From a bacterium (lineage in GTDB: Bacteria; Patescibacteriota; Patescibacteriia; UBA10025), in contig JAKAGM010000001.1 in NCBI GenBank assembly GCA_021815445.1, positions 723,710 to 787,709 on the forward strand: a DNA stretch of 64,000 bases, in the 5' to 3' direction. The notes beneath the pieces are model-generated. The model saw only the letters and a program-made list of their open reading frames with translations. It was not told the DNA's origin and searched no databases. Each line of letters starts with the position of its first letter. Positions within the stretch are counted from its first letter, which is position 1. A program made the translations under genes and the position numbers. Positions 9,437 through 18,789 of this stretch are shown one piece after another.

Positions 9437-9640
9437 AAAAATTCTTATCTGTATGGAGATAAGAAGCGTTTATCGCGCTTTCTGCCGGGAACCGGCAGAC
9501 ATATCTTCCCCATACGACCTGCTATGGGCGAGAAGCACCCGTGCGTGAGTGGGTTGCTGGATGGGTATTGGCGGGCTCGATCCCGCCTCCAAAAAAATAT
9601 CTTTGGAGTTCCCATCACTCTTGATAATCAGGTATATAAA
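9437..9640 (-). promoter_or_regulatory. SAM-I (S-box) riboswitch candidate with intrinsic terminator, 5' leader of metF-metE operon
   Basis: Minus-strand RNA contains UUAUCAAGAG, P2 GAUGGG...CCCAUC, P3 GGCGGG-aucgag-CCCGCC, AGCAACC, GGGUGC, P4 CCCAUA..UAUGGG, GGAAGAUAUG, then terminator UUCUUAUC-uccauaca-GAUAAGAA-UUUUU (9466-9437) ending 6 nt before metF start. Confidence 0.5.
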
Positions 9641-9726
9641 CTATACAGATATAAAAGACGTCGGTCAAGACTTATGCCGACGCATGGCCCACGTTCTATG
9701 CCGAATAGACGTTCTGATGTTTTCCG

Positions 9727-10386
9727 TTACCCCTCCCATTCGCCTTGCGCCGGCGGATTTCCCTGTGCGGACTCTTCGCCCCGTTCGTTGACCGTTCTCT
9801 CCCCGATCCACTTGTTATCTTCACCAAAATATTTTGTTGTCCGAGAAATTGAACCTTCGGGAGACTTTTGGGAGTTACTTCCCTGAGCGGTGATTGTGGT
9901 TGTTACGGTCTCAATGTATCCTTTTCCGGGTACTTCTTTCCTATCTGTTTCCTGGCGCCATGCATGCCCTGTTTCAAGTATCTTTCCTTCAACGACCGAG
10001 GGCTCCGTGGACTCGGGTGTCGCGTAAGATCTTTTTTCTGTCCACGTACTCGGGCCTTTGAGATGCCCTGGGAGCATTTGACCCTCAACTCCGACTATGC
10101 GACCGCCTTTACCCGGCTTATCATATGTGAAAAACTGATGCCTATCACTCACCAGGCTTCGTTCCTGAGATCCTGCGCTTGCTGCCAAATGAGACTCGCG
10201 AAGATAAATAACCTGACCGTTTGCATCTATAATCCCCTGCTGCTCTGTTTGACGGAGTTCATCGGCGGATACTTTTCCTTCGTGGAATGCTTTTCCGCCT
10301 TCGGGAACTTCGGGCTTATCTCGGATAACAAATGGTTTTGTTTCAACGCTTTCTGGATTGAAACCGAGCGTGTCTGGACTAGGCAT
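9727..10386 (-). CDS. hypothetical protein, low-complexity/likely disordered (G,E,K,T-rich)
   Basis: 219-aa ORF with no recognisable motif; co-directional with and 20 nt downstream of 530-aa membrane protein gene. Confidence 0.4.
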   Translation of the reverse strand: MPSPDTLGFNPESVETKPFVIRDKPEVPEGGKAFHEGKVSADELRQTEQQGIIDANGQVIYLRESHLAASAGSQERSLVSDRHQFFTYDKPGKGGRIVGVEGQMLPGHLKGPSTWTEKRSYATPESTEPSVVEGKILETGHAWRQETDRKEVPGKGYIETVTTTITAQGSNSQKSPEGSISRTTKYFGEDNKWIGERTVNERGEESAQGNPPAQGEWEG

Positions 10387-10405
10387 AGTACCTTAAATTA
10401 TATAA

Positions 10406-11998
10406 TTAGTAGATCTCTTCTTTCTTTTCCTTTTGAAAAGATACCCAATCCTCCACCACTTCAATAAAAATCTTGAATGGCGCCTCGATAATAAAATCCA
10501 GAACGAAGAGAAAAAGATTGACCTTCGGTGTTTTATTTGAAACCCACTGTCCGACACGGAGGATAGGTATTGAGAAAAAATCAAGAATGATGGTCATCAG
10601 ATTGTCCTTTTCATCTACAATGACCAGCTCTTTGATCTCATATCTCAGCTTAACGCCGAAGAAACTGATGATAGTGAAGAAGAACAGAAACAGCGCCGCG
10701 CTGACGACATTGAATTTCAGCAAGATAAGGAATGAAATGATAAGGCCGAATGAAATGATAAAAGCCACGGCGAAAAACGAATTGAAAAGATACTCCGCGA
10801 ATTTGCTCCGTTTGAATACTTTGCGCTTTTTATACAGGAAACCCGCATAAGGTTCCTGGGAAACTATCTTTTTGAGAAACTCGACAATTTTATCAGTATT
10901 CTTCTTTGACGGAATGCGAATCGAAACTGCTATCACGAACATGAGGAACGGGTGGAACAGCGTGTTGATGAGCAGCGGCGTAAAATGCGTTGTGTGAATA
11001 ATATACCTGTCGTACGGATACTCGATAATGAGGGCGAGCATCATCTTGGTGATAAAGACGTAGATGATTGTCCTGATAAAACTGCGGCGTAATTTTGTAT
11101 GGGCTTTTTTATACCGGGATGCACAGGCTGCGCGCACGCGGTCTTCGAATTCCTGCGGATTGCTCGTGAGCTCCGGGAACCGGTGGGGATTTTCTTCAAC
11201 GATATCCCTCAATATAATGAAAAGGATGGAGAATCTTTTCATGAATCTCTGGAGACGGTCGCCGTACGGATGGAGAATATGGCTGTCGACTTGCTTTTTG
11301 AGGTAAACCAGGTCCTTTTTTACGCGCTCGACGGCTTCAGGCGAGTTCTCAAGCCAACCCGGAACGAAAAAATTAAAAAGATGGTAGCGGAGAATGCTGA
11401 CGTCCGACTTGATCAGCACGCGATGGATAGCGATATACACCTGCAGATCCCGCTCTTCGGGATCGGAAATATGTTCAGCCAGGTCTACGTCCTGCCTGAT
11501 GACTGAGTACATGCACTCTACGAGTGCATCTTCCTGAATCGGCGCGACAAGATGGTGCTCAACCTCGGACGAGAGCAATGAAAGGATCCAATTGCTCATC
11601 TGCCGGCGTTCTTTCGTCAGGCGATTCGGCGCCACGGCATCGAGGAGCACAATATATTTATCGAGAATAAGATCGACTTCTCCGATTACCCGTTCCGGGA
11701 TTGCATTATTCGGAAGATAACGGGCCCTGATCAGTTCGGTCAAAAGCAAACGTCCGAGATTCTCGCGTTTCTCCTCTGTATACAGGCGGCGCTTGATCAT
11801 GCGCTCTATGGCATTTTTGCGCAGAAGATGCTCGTCTTTGTAATCTATCGCATTGCGAATTTTTTCATATATAAACGCAACACGGCTAATGGTTACATGA
11901 ACCTTTATTTTAGGCTCGTCTTTGCCGTAGAGATCCTGCGGACGCTTCGTGTCGTACGCTGCAAGCAGCTTTTTAATGGGTTGTGTGAGCGTATTCAT
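10406..11998 (-). CDS. hypothetical membrane protein: ~290-aa N-terminal soluble domain plus 4-6 C-terminal TM helices
   Basis: 530-aa ORF; C-terminal half strongly hydrophobic (FAVAFIISFGLIISFLILL..., FLFFFTIISFFGV...); no family recognised by eye. Confidence 0.5.
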   Translation of the reverse strand: MNTLTQPIKKLLAAYDTKRPQDLYGKDEPKIKVHVTISRVAFIYEKIRNAIDYKDEHLLRKNAIERMIKRRLYTEEKRENLGRLLLTELIRARYLPNNAIPERVIGEVDLILDKYIVLLDAVAPNRLTKERRQMSNWILSLLSSEVEHHLVAPIQEDALVECMYSVIRQDVDLAEHISDPEERDLQVYIAIHRVLIKSDVSILRYHLFNFFVPGWLENSPEAVERVKKDLVYLKKQVDSHILHPYGDRLQRFMKRFSILFIILRDIVEENPHRFPELTSNPQEFEDRVRAACASRYKKAHTKLRRSFIRTIIYVFITKMMLALIIEYPYDRYIIHTTHFTPLLINTLFHPFLMFVIAVSIRIPSKKNTDKIVEFLKKIVSQEPYAGFLYKKRKVFKRSKFAEYLFNSFFAVAFIISFGLIISFLILLKFNVVSAALFLFFFTIISFFGVKLRYEIKELVIVDEKDNLMTIILDFFSIPILRVGQWVSNKTPKVNLFLFVLDFIIEAPFKIFIEVVEDWVSFQKEKKEEIY

Positions 11999-12022
11999 AA
12001 TGTAACCACGCAGTCTAGCACA

Positions 12023-12793
12023 CTATTTCGTAGAGCGCAAGGCCCTGCTTTTCCTGAGAATGTTGTGCAGAGACTTCGTTCCCTCGACTATTCGGGGGCC
12101 CGGCCTGTTCAGGAGACTGTCGTGAACGGTATGAACCCTCTTTTGTCGGACAGCCCGTAGATGCTTCCATCCGGGCCGCTTGGCGATATCGCTAACGCGG
12201 TTCTGTTTCCCGGCCCCGTGCCAGTGGATAATGATAACATCAGGATCGGCGCGCTCAAGTTCTGAGAGTAGAACCTCTCGACCCTGTTCTCCCGGATGCA
12301 TAAGGATAGCTTCCCCGCCGGCTATGCTGACAAGCTGAGGAAGCCACAGTCCGGCCGCAGTGGGCGGATATCCCCATTCTTCCGTATAGACCCGCAGCCG
12401 CTTATTGCCGTGGGGCGTTCGTTTGCCGATGAGAAATAATTTCTTTTCCATGGCGGCGGCTAACTTCTCTGCCTCACGTTTCTTGCCGCAGAGTCGCCCG
12501 ATAGCGCGGATGCTCGAGAGGATATCCCCTAATGTGCGGGGTTCGAAGTGCACAATCTCTCCCGGCCCTTCGTATCCTACGAGATACGGGGGGAAAGCAT
12601 GCGCGGAAAGGATAAGATCAGGCTTAAGAAGGCGGAGTGCGTCGACCTGATGAGTGTTCCAATTCCCGACACGCCGTTTGAATTTTGCCTCGCGAGGATA
12701 GTCGCACGAGTGGGTAATCCCGACGAGGCGGTTCCCGAGCCCGAGGGCATAGAGAATCTCAGTATGGGCTGGTGAAAGTGAAACGATGCGCAT
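12023..12793 (-). CDS. ABC-type periplasmic/solute-binding protein (BtuF/FhuD-like, PF01497-type)
   Basis: Start moved to MRIVSLSPAHTEILYALGLGNRLVGITHSCDYP (cluster-A SBP signature); the 95-aa N-terminal extension in the ORF track (to 13078) overlaps the upstream gene in another frame and is rejected. Confidence 0.6.
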   Translation of the reverse strand: MRIVSLSPAHTEILYALGLGNRLVGITHSCDYPREAKFKRRVGNWNTHQVDALRLLKPDLILSAHAFPPYLVGYEGPGEIVHFEPRTLGDILSSIRAIGRLCGKKREAEKLAAAMEKKLFLIGKRTPHGNKRLRVYTEEWGYPPTAAGLWLPQLVSIAGGEAILMHPGEQGREVLLSELERADPDVIIIHWHGAGKQNRVSDIAKRPGWKHLRAVRQKRVHTVHDSLLNRPGPRIVEGTKSLHNILRKSRALRSTK

Positions 12794-12794
12794 A

Positions 12795-13403
12795 TTATGC
12801 ACTGTTTTTCCATTTAATCGAGCAGCCCATGCTTGGTTTCTGGTGAATGTCAGGGATCTTCCCCGCAATGAGAGCGTCAAGTGCGCGTTCAAGATCGGAT
12901 GAGGCAGTATTCTTTGAAGAGAGCGCTTTGCCAAAGATAACATTTGCGGCGAGCGCGGTGAGACCGGGCCTGTCATCATCAATTTGGCCGTGATATGCCA
13001 GTGCGCGCGCGTGATCATAGACAAAAATGTCGGGCGTGCACACGGCGCCATACGCTCGCGCGATCTCTTGCTGCTCATCGCGCAGATACGGAAATGGATA
13101 GGAGTATTTTTCTTCTTTCATATGTTCGATCGCATCCTCGGCGTACTGTGCGCTATCGTTCGGATTGATCGCGACGAATTGGACCGACTGATGCCGGTAC
13201 TTTTCCCACACGACATGGAGCTTCGGCTTTGCCGCTTGGGCATACGGACAGTGGTTGCAGGTGAAAATAATAACCAGGACTTTTGAGGCAGTAAAGTCCG
13301 AAAGCGTATATTGCTTGCCGTCGCTGGATGGGAGGGAAAAATCTTTCGCCGGAGTCCCGAGCTGAGCTTGTTGTGATTTCATTAACGTCATAATGCGGTG
13401 CAA
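12795..13403 (-). CDS. thioredoxin-fold thiol-disulfide oxidoreductase / peroxiredoxin-like (redoxin family)
   Basis: 202 aa; FTCNHCPY CxxC motif in thioredoxin-like context (VLVIIFTCNHCPYAQAAKP). Confidence 0.65.
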   Translation of the reverse strand: MHRIMTLMKSQQAQLGTPAKDFSLPSSDGKQYTLSDFTASKVLVIIFTCNHCPYAQAAKPKLHVVWEKYRHQSVQFVAINPNDSAQYAEDAIEHMKEEKYSYPFPYLRDEQQEIARAYGAVCTPDIFVYDHARALAYHGQIDDDRPGLTALAANVIFGKALSSKNTASSDLERALDALIAGKIPDIHQKPSMGCSIKWKNSA

Positions 13404-13408
13404 AAAAA

Positions 13409-13888
13409 CTACACGAGCATAGAAAGATTGACTAATGCATCATCAAACATTTTTTCAGTATTTTTTTTAAGATACATCTTGCTCAAGAATTTTCCCGCGA
13501 TTCCCACCGGTTCCCAATGGCAGACAATTTCGACCATGGTGCCCAAGGCATGCGGTGAGAGCGTGATGATGGTCTGGACGTTAGTCATCTGCGTCATCGC
13601 ATGGTGATCGATGAAACTTCTTTGGTCGTGCCATGCTATCTGCTTATTTTCCTGCCACGTCGTGCATTCCTGGTCGAGCTCCTGATATCCGATATCGGTC
13701 TCTTTGGTAATATGCCACGTTGATCCGAGCCCTTCGCGCGCGCCGTCGAGAAATTGTACATTGGTAACGCGCGGCAGCCAGTGAGTGAAATATTGCGGAT
13801 GCGACAAAAGCTTCCAAATCTTCTGCGGATCGCCGACAATGATTTTTCTTACACGGATACTTTCCATAGTGCAATGATGCCCCTTCAT
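13409..13888 (-). CDS. SRPBCC (Bet v1/polyketide cyclase-like) superfamily protein
   Basis: 159 aa, size and W/Y-rich alternating pattern typical of START/SRPBCC ligand-binding fold; start may be internal Met (MESIRVR, 13867). Confidence 0.4.
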   Translation of the reverse strand: MKGHHCTMESIRVRKIIVGDPQKIWKLLSHPQYFTHWLPRVTNVQFLDGAREGLGSTWHITKETDIGYQELDQECTTWQENKQIAWHDQRSFIDHHAMTQMTNVQTIITLSPHALGTMVEIVCHWEPVGIAGKFLSKMYLKKNTEKMFDDALVNLSMLV

Positions 13889-13915
13889 CCATGGATCCGG
13901 CAGGGCAAAAAAGCT

Positions 13916-14143
13916 CTACCACCACCCTGAGACCGGCTTTTTGCGCAAGACTGCCGTACCGTCTTTATCCACGACGAACTCGCACGTCCTGCCCTTAATC
14001 TTGAATATTGCCTTTTGCGGCGTGTGGGTCTCTCTCGCCTTCTTCATCAGCGGGTAGAATTTCTCCATCCGCTCGCCATTGCTGAAATACTGCATTAAAT
14101 CATCTTCGTCCACGATGTCGTCTTTGAAATCAATATCGCTCAT
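13916..14143 (-). CDS. small acidic hypothetical protein (75 aa)
   Basis: ORF with DEDD-rich N-terminus; no motif. Confidence 0.3.
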   Translation of the reverse strand: MSDIDFKDDIVDEDDLMQYFSNGERMEKFYPLMKKARETHTPQKAIFKIKGRTCEFVVDKDGTAVLRKKPVSGWW

Positions 14144-14496
14144 AATTTTTTAAATAAAGTGTTAAAAGAATACAGTAAAAAGTATACCATTTTGAAGCAA
14201 AAAAAGACAGCCATGACGGTATGTTTTGCGCGGCTTGACAATCTTTACTAATAGGCGTACACCGTCTATAGAACCCGAAGCGCATCGTCCTCCGGAGATC
14301 GCGCCAAGGGTAGGAATCCACAATGTCAGTTGGAGGGAATCGTGGATCACGATACATGGGGACTGTAAATCCCCCGGCAAGAAAGCACCTTCGAATCGTT
14401 TTGAGTGAACACAAAACTTCATATCGCGCCATCAACGGGCGACAATCAGCCCACACCCATGGACCACAATGGTCCAAGACCCACATGTGCCTTTTT

Positions 14497-14529
14497 GGCG
14501 AACCGCTTTCCCCGGGTTCGCCTTTTTTT
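14497..14529 (+). terminator. strong rho-independent terminator on + strand inside ORF-free region
   Basis: GGCGAACC-gctttccccg-GGTTCGCC followed by TTTTTTTAT; no + strand CDS upstream within several kb. Confidence 0.6.
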
Positions 14530-14662
14530 ATAATGATTTACTTTAGCCCTCATCGATAGTTTCTTTCTTGCTGTCTTCGAAACAGAATATTTACAACAAA
14601 CAATTAAAGCTCCTTTTTGCGCGGCGCATGTTTGAACCCCACACCATCAGATGGTGTGGGGT

Positions 14663-14841
14663 GAGTTTGCCCGCCTGCCGAAGCTTCACTACGCGAAACG
14701 CTTCGTGTAGCATAGCCATGCGGCGGGCAGGCGCCGCGACGTCCTTTTCCGCCAGAGGCGGATCCGTCCTTTGGCGGACTTTTCTCTCCACTTTTCTTTG
14801 GACGAGCAAAGAAAAGTGGAGCCCGCCCGGAGGGCATCTCC
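14663..14841. repeat. copy A of ~180-nt structured intergenic element (conserved 5' GAGTTTGCCCGCCT, internal hairpins, 3' palindrome CTCCACTTTTCTTTG-n6-CAAAGAAAAGTGGAG, GCCCGCC, GGAGGGCATCTCC)
   Basis: Aligns end-to-end with 22493-22675; overlapping ORF-track ORFs differ in frame between copies, so conservation is at nucleotide/structure level. Confidence 0.75.
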
Positions 14842-14926
14842 TACATAAAATTGTTTTTTCGTTAATCAAGCGACAGAGATCTCCACCAGCTGACACTCGA
14901 GACATCAACTGGACGAAGTTGAAAAG

Positions 14927-16777
14927 TTATTTTGTATTTATGGCTGGCGTCCTGCCACCGCGGAAATCATATATATAGATTGACCCGCCGATTCGGGCGT
15001 CGGGCGTATAATCCTTGAGCCACCAATATACCTGGTCTTGCGAGAGGAGACTTGTAACACTAATAGCGACGACACAGTTGACATCACCCGGGGTATGAGG
15101 ATCTTTAGATGTCGGAAGATAACGGTAATCGATGCCGTAGTAAGGCAAATCAGCCTGACCGAAGTAACTCATGCAGACATGCGGGATGTTATTCTGTAGA
15201 AGATATGTTTTAAGCCGTTTCACATCTTGGCCCCAGTCGATGTTTGAATCGACAAGATACTTCGGCCCGTTGTTAGAGCCCCCTATTGCTTCAGAAAAGT
15301 ACGCGGTATACGCGGGGTACGCAGCGAGGCTTGTCGCCATGTATCCGGCAACGAGAATGACAAGCACGGCACGAAAAGTTTTTGACGATTTTTCCCAGAG
15401 ACCGGCGGCAAAACAGCCGATGAGGACAAAGAGCGCCGGATATACGGGAAAAATATGTCTGACACCGAGATTTATTTTGCTCGTCAGGCTCCAGAGGAAA
15501 TAGAGCAGTGCGCTGATGAGCAGTACCCATAATCCAGGAGTTCTCGTTATAAAAAATTCTTTTCGTTGCCGAGACATTGTCACAAAGAGTGCTGCGAGGA
15601 GGAACACTATAGTCACGAGCGGAGTTTTGACGAGAAATGCTACAGGAAAATACCACCACCATCCTACGTATGAATATCTCCCAAGGAGATACGCCAGATG
15701 CCCCCCTATGTCATGGGAAATGAGCTTGGAGAGCCCTTTAAAATAGGACCATGCGGGAACCGGGGTATCGAAAACAATACGGTTGATAAATCTGCCCGTC
15801 GCCGTCTGCGGATCGGTGAGATGAATGACTTTTTGGACTTCAGGACGCTGCTGGTCCAAGGTGCCGTCTGACACAATGATACTGCGCTGAACCATGAGCT
15901 GCTGGAGGCGAATATCGTCGCGCCCGTATGCGACTTGGCCTCCGTAGATAATGAACGTAACGACGATAAACCCCGCAAGCGCTGAGGCAAAAATCGTCAA
16001 TACTCTTTTGATAATCTTTTTCAGCGTTTGTCCCTCTATCGGATAGATGAAATACCAGAGTATGGGGATGACAATAATGAGAATCCACAAGAACACTGCG
16101 GAAAACTTTGTCATTTGCGCCAAAGCAAAGGTAATGCCAAAGGCGACGATGCGTTTCCACGTCCATTTCTCAAGAAGCCTGACCAGGACATAGAGTGCGA
16201 CAGCGTACCCTAACGCGACACCGACGTCTGTCGTCACATAGCGCCCGTGCGCGAGAAAATTGGGATCGAACGCATACCAGCCCGCGGCGAGGAGCCCTAC
16301 GAGGTCGCCGCCTATCCGCCTGCCCCAGAGGTAGATCATACAAGCAAGCGCAAGGCTGACGAGAACCATGGGAATGCGCGCCGCGAAGAGAATGCGGTCG
16401 GCATTGTTGCCGCTGAGATAAAGGAAGTCATGGGCGAAAGCCCACTCGTTTCCTTCGCGCCACGCCGGGGTATCGAACAAGATATGCGGATGGACTAATA
16501 ACACTGAAAGCCCGGCGAGATCCTTGATAAGCGGAGGGTGCTCTTCATTCATCCTGAAATCCCATTTCAGAAGGTAACTCACCCCCGCAGTAAGGTGGAC
16601 GCCTTCGTCGATTGTCTGCGTTTCTCCCCTCATCGACATTATCTCAAGCGTCCCCATAAGCAGGAGGATGCACATAAGTATACTTATGCGGACTTTCTTT
16701 GAAATGACAAAAGGGGCGGTACTGCGCGGTGCCGCTTGTTGAATCGGAGAATATACGTCCGTGTGAGATGGGTCCAT
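14927..16777 (-). CDS. GT-C family glycosyltransferase (PMT/ArnT-like, family 39/83-type) integral membrane protein
   Basis: Multi-TM protein with DEGVH loop motif after TM1 and long C-terminal periplasmic domain; start set to ATG 16777 (18 nt after upstream gene stop); 115-aa Cys/His-rich N-terminal extension in ORF track rejected. Confidence 0.6.
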   Translation of the reverse strand: MDPSHTDVYSPIQQAAPRSTAPFVISKKVRISILMCILLLMGTLEIMSMRGETQTIDEGVHLTAGVSYLLKWDFRMNEEHPPLIKDLAGLSVLLVHPHILFDTPAWREGNEWAFAHDFLYLSGNNADRILFAARIPMVLVSLALACMIYLWGRRIGGDLVGLLAAGWYAFDPNFLAHGRYVTTDVGVALGYAVALYVLVRLLEKWTWKRIVAFGITFALAQMTKFSAVFLWILIIVIPILWYFIYPIEGQTLKKIIKRVLTIFASALAGFIVVTFIIYGGQVAYGRDDIRLQQLMVQRSIIVSDGTLDQQRPEVQKVIHLTDPQTATGRFINRIVFDTPVPAWSYFKGLSKLISHDIGGHLAYLLGRYSYVGWWWYFPVAFLVKTPLVTIVFLLAALFVTMSRQRKEFFITRTPGLWVLLISALLYFLWSLTSKINLGVRHIFPVYPALFVLIGCFAAGLWEKSSKTFRAVLVILVAGYMATSLAAYPAYTAYFSEAIGGSNNGPKYLVDSNIDWGQDVKRLKTYLLQNNIPHVCMSYFGQADLPYYGIDYRYLPTSKDPHTPGDVNCVVAISVTSLLSQDQVYWWLKDYTPDARIGGSIYIYDFRGGRTPAINTK

Positions 16778-16794
16778 ATGTTTGTAATGGCCGG

Positions 16795-17688
16795 CTACCG
16801 CGTGCTTACCACCGCGAGGACTATGGCAGCCACAAGCGCGAGTGCGCCCCCTATCACTTGGTGGCGCGCTAATCGTTCTTTGTTGATGAAGATTCCAAGC
16901 ATCGCCGCAAGCACCACATAGCTTTCCGTGATAGCTATAGTGATAGCAATGGGCAAAAAGAGCGCCGCAGCCGCATAAGCAATCCATGCGCTCGTGTCGA
17001 GTGCGCTTGCGCCAAGTATCAGCTTCCAACGGCGCATTCCCCACTGGAAAAGTGCAGAACTTTGGCCGCGATAGGTCAGCCATAACAGTACCACGAATGC
17101 AATGACAAGGTGAGTGAACCAAATAGTTATCAGCGGATTCGTAGCCCGGCTTGAGAGGCCTATAAAAACATTATATAGCGACATGACGACAGCACCCATC
17201 GCAGCGTATAGTACGCCGCGCTCAATAATTCCGCGCTTTCCCCAGGGCCACCACCAACGGGGGGCTACCACCCGGATCATGGTAAGCAAAATACCCATAA
17301 AAACAATGAGCATCAGCAGTATCTGGGATGTTGTTACTTTCTCTCGTATGAATACTATGCTGATGAGCGCAGTCACGACCAGTTCGGAACTCATCACGGG
17401 CTCTATGACGGCCAGCTTGCCCCGTTTAAATGATTCGAAATTAAGCACGGCGCTTATAAAACCGACTAGGATCGCAAATCCCAGGAGTTCCAGCGCATGA
17501 TAGTCAGAAAAAAGATACGGGATATCCTTCCAGACAAAAGGGAGGAGCACAATACCGCCGAACGCGCTGACATAAAAAAGCGTATCAAGAGAGCCGATTC
17601 TGCGTATAGTCCGTTGCAAAGCAAAATCTCCAAATCCCCAACTGAGAAATGCTATGCCTGCGGCGATGATACCAAGGAGTGCTGACAT
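16795..17688 (-). CDS. EamA/DMT-family transporter (10-TM)
   Basis: 297 aa, two EamA-like repeats (LSWGFGDFALQ..., hydrophobic throughout). Confidence 0.7.
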   Translation of the reverse strand: MSALLGIIAAGIAFLSWGFGDFALQRTIRRIGSLDTLFYVSAFGGIVLLPFVWKDIPYLFSDYHALELLGFAILVGFISAVLNFESFKRGKLAVIEPVMSSELVVTALISIVFIREKVTTSQILLMLIVFMGILLTMIRVVAPRWWWPWGKRGIIERGVLYAAMGAVVMSLYNVFIGLSSRATNPLITIWFTHLVIAFVVLLWLTYRGQSSALFQWGMRRWKLILGASALDTSAWIAYAAAALFLPIAITIAITESYVVLAAMLGIFINKERLARHQVIGGALALVAAIVLAVVSTR

Positions 17689-17775
17689 CGTTTTTTATTC
17701 GGTCAGTGTTCAAAAAGACTACTACTCACTATACAAGGGAGAAAGAGTTACGACAACAGGCGAATGTGTAAATAA

Positions 17776-18789
17776 TTAGGCCTTCGTCAGCGTCACCAGG
17801 ATCGTCGTGCCCTTGCCGGGGGTGCTATGCGCCTCAATACTGCCGTGGTGCCTGTCCACAATCTGCTTGGCTATGGAGAGTCCGAGGCCGTAGCCGTCTG
17901 TTTTTTCTTTGGACCTGGACGCATCCGCACGGTAGAACCTGTCAAAAATATGCGGGAGTTCCGACGCTTTGATCCCGATCCCCTGATCCTTGACGCTGAG
18001 AATCATATGTCCGCTTGTCTCCCTGGTTTCCACGATGACAATACTTTTCTTCGGGCTGTATTTAATCGCATTATCAATCAGGATGCCAAGAAGGTCGACG
18101 AGGCTCTGATGGTCGCCTAAAACATTCCCCGAGGCAAGCCCGGACTTTATCGTGATTTGTCTTTGACGGGCGAGCACTTCGTTTTGCTTGACGGTATCGG
18201 CTATGACAGACTTGAGATCAACTTTTTGCATCGGTAAAGACTGCTCCTGCTCCTCATATTGAGCTAGGCGCAAAAGGCCTTTAGAGAGATGCTCAAGGCG
18301 CTGTACCTCCTCGAGCGTACTTCGCATGATTCGGTGCGACTCTTCGTGATTCGGCTGTCCGCCCCGCAATGCAACCTCAATCTCAGTTCGAATTGCCGTC
18401 AGCGGCGTACGTAATTCATGGGAGGCGTCCGCGGTAAACCGTCTTTGCGCATCTAAATTGTCTTCGATGGGTTGGAGTGTGCGGCGGGCGAGTACATAGC
18501 TTGCGCTTCCGCCGATGACAAAAACTGCCGCATTGACCAGAAGTAGCGTCGCTAACACTCGGTCATGTATTTCCTGAATCTGGGCTTCGAGGAGTTCATT
18601 CTCAATAGTTATAAACGGTGAGGGCGGAGGGAAACGTTGTTCACGAAAAAGTTCGGCCTGTCGTCGAAGTCCGGCACCAATTTGATTCGTCGTAAGGTTA
18701 TAGAGAGCGAAACTGAAGGATAGGCTGATACACATGATAATCAGGAGGTACCAGCCGGTCATTTTAACCGTGGGAGTATTAAGCTTCAT
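17776..18789 (-). CDS. sensor histidine kinase (2 TM, HisKA + HATPase_c)
   Basis: H-box FTADASHELRTPLTAIRTEIE; N, G1 (DQGIGI), G2 (GLGLSIAKQIV) boxes. Confidence 0.85.
   Translation of the reverse strand: MKLNTPTVKMTGWYLLIIMCISLSFSFALYNLTTNQIGAGLRRQAELFREQRFPPPSPFITIENELLEAQIQEIHDRVLATLLLVNAAVFVIGGSASYVLARRTLQPIEDNLDAQRRFTADASHELRTPLTAIRTEIEVALRGGQPNHEESHRIMRSTLEEVQRLEHLSKGLLRLAQYEEQEQSLPMQKVDLKSVIADTVKQNEVLARQRQITIKSGLASGNVLGDHQSLVDLLGILIDNAIKYSPKKSIVIVETRETSGHMILSVKDQGIGIKASELPHIFDRFYRADASRSKEKTDGYGLGLSIAKQIVDRHHGSIEAHSTPGKGTTILVTLTKA

Noticed and set aside
12794-13078. N-terminal extension of the solute-binding protein ORF, and similar long-ORF starts at 1577, 32909, 44274, 50700 and 51272
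   Set aside because: Each extension overlaps the preceding gene. The chosen internal starts coincide with family N-termini, signal peptides, or promoter/SD evidence.
14568-14978. ORFs 14568-14978(+), 14591-14908(-), 14604-14837(-) and 22390-22719(-) that cover the repeated structured elements
   Set aside because: The two repeat copies are conserved at nucleotide level but the overlapping ORFs are in different frames with unrelated translations. Arg/Gly/Pro-rich composition is typical of GC-rich non-coding sequence.
16778-17122. 115-aa Cys/His-rich N-terminal extension of the GT-C glycosyltransferase ORF
   Set aside because: It overlaps the 3' end of the upstream EamA gene in another frame. 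An ATG at 16777 directly after that gene's stop gives a normal TM1-DE-loop start.
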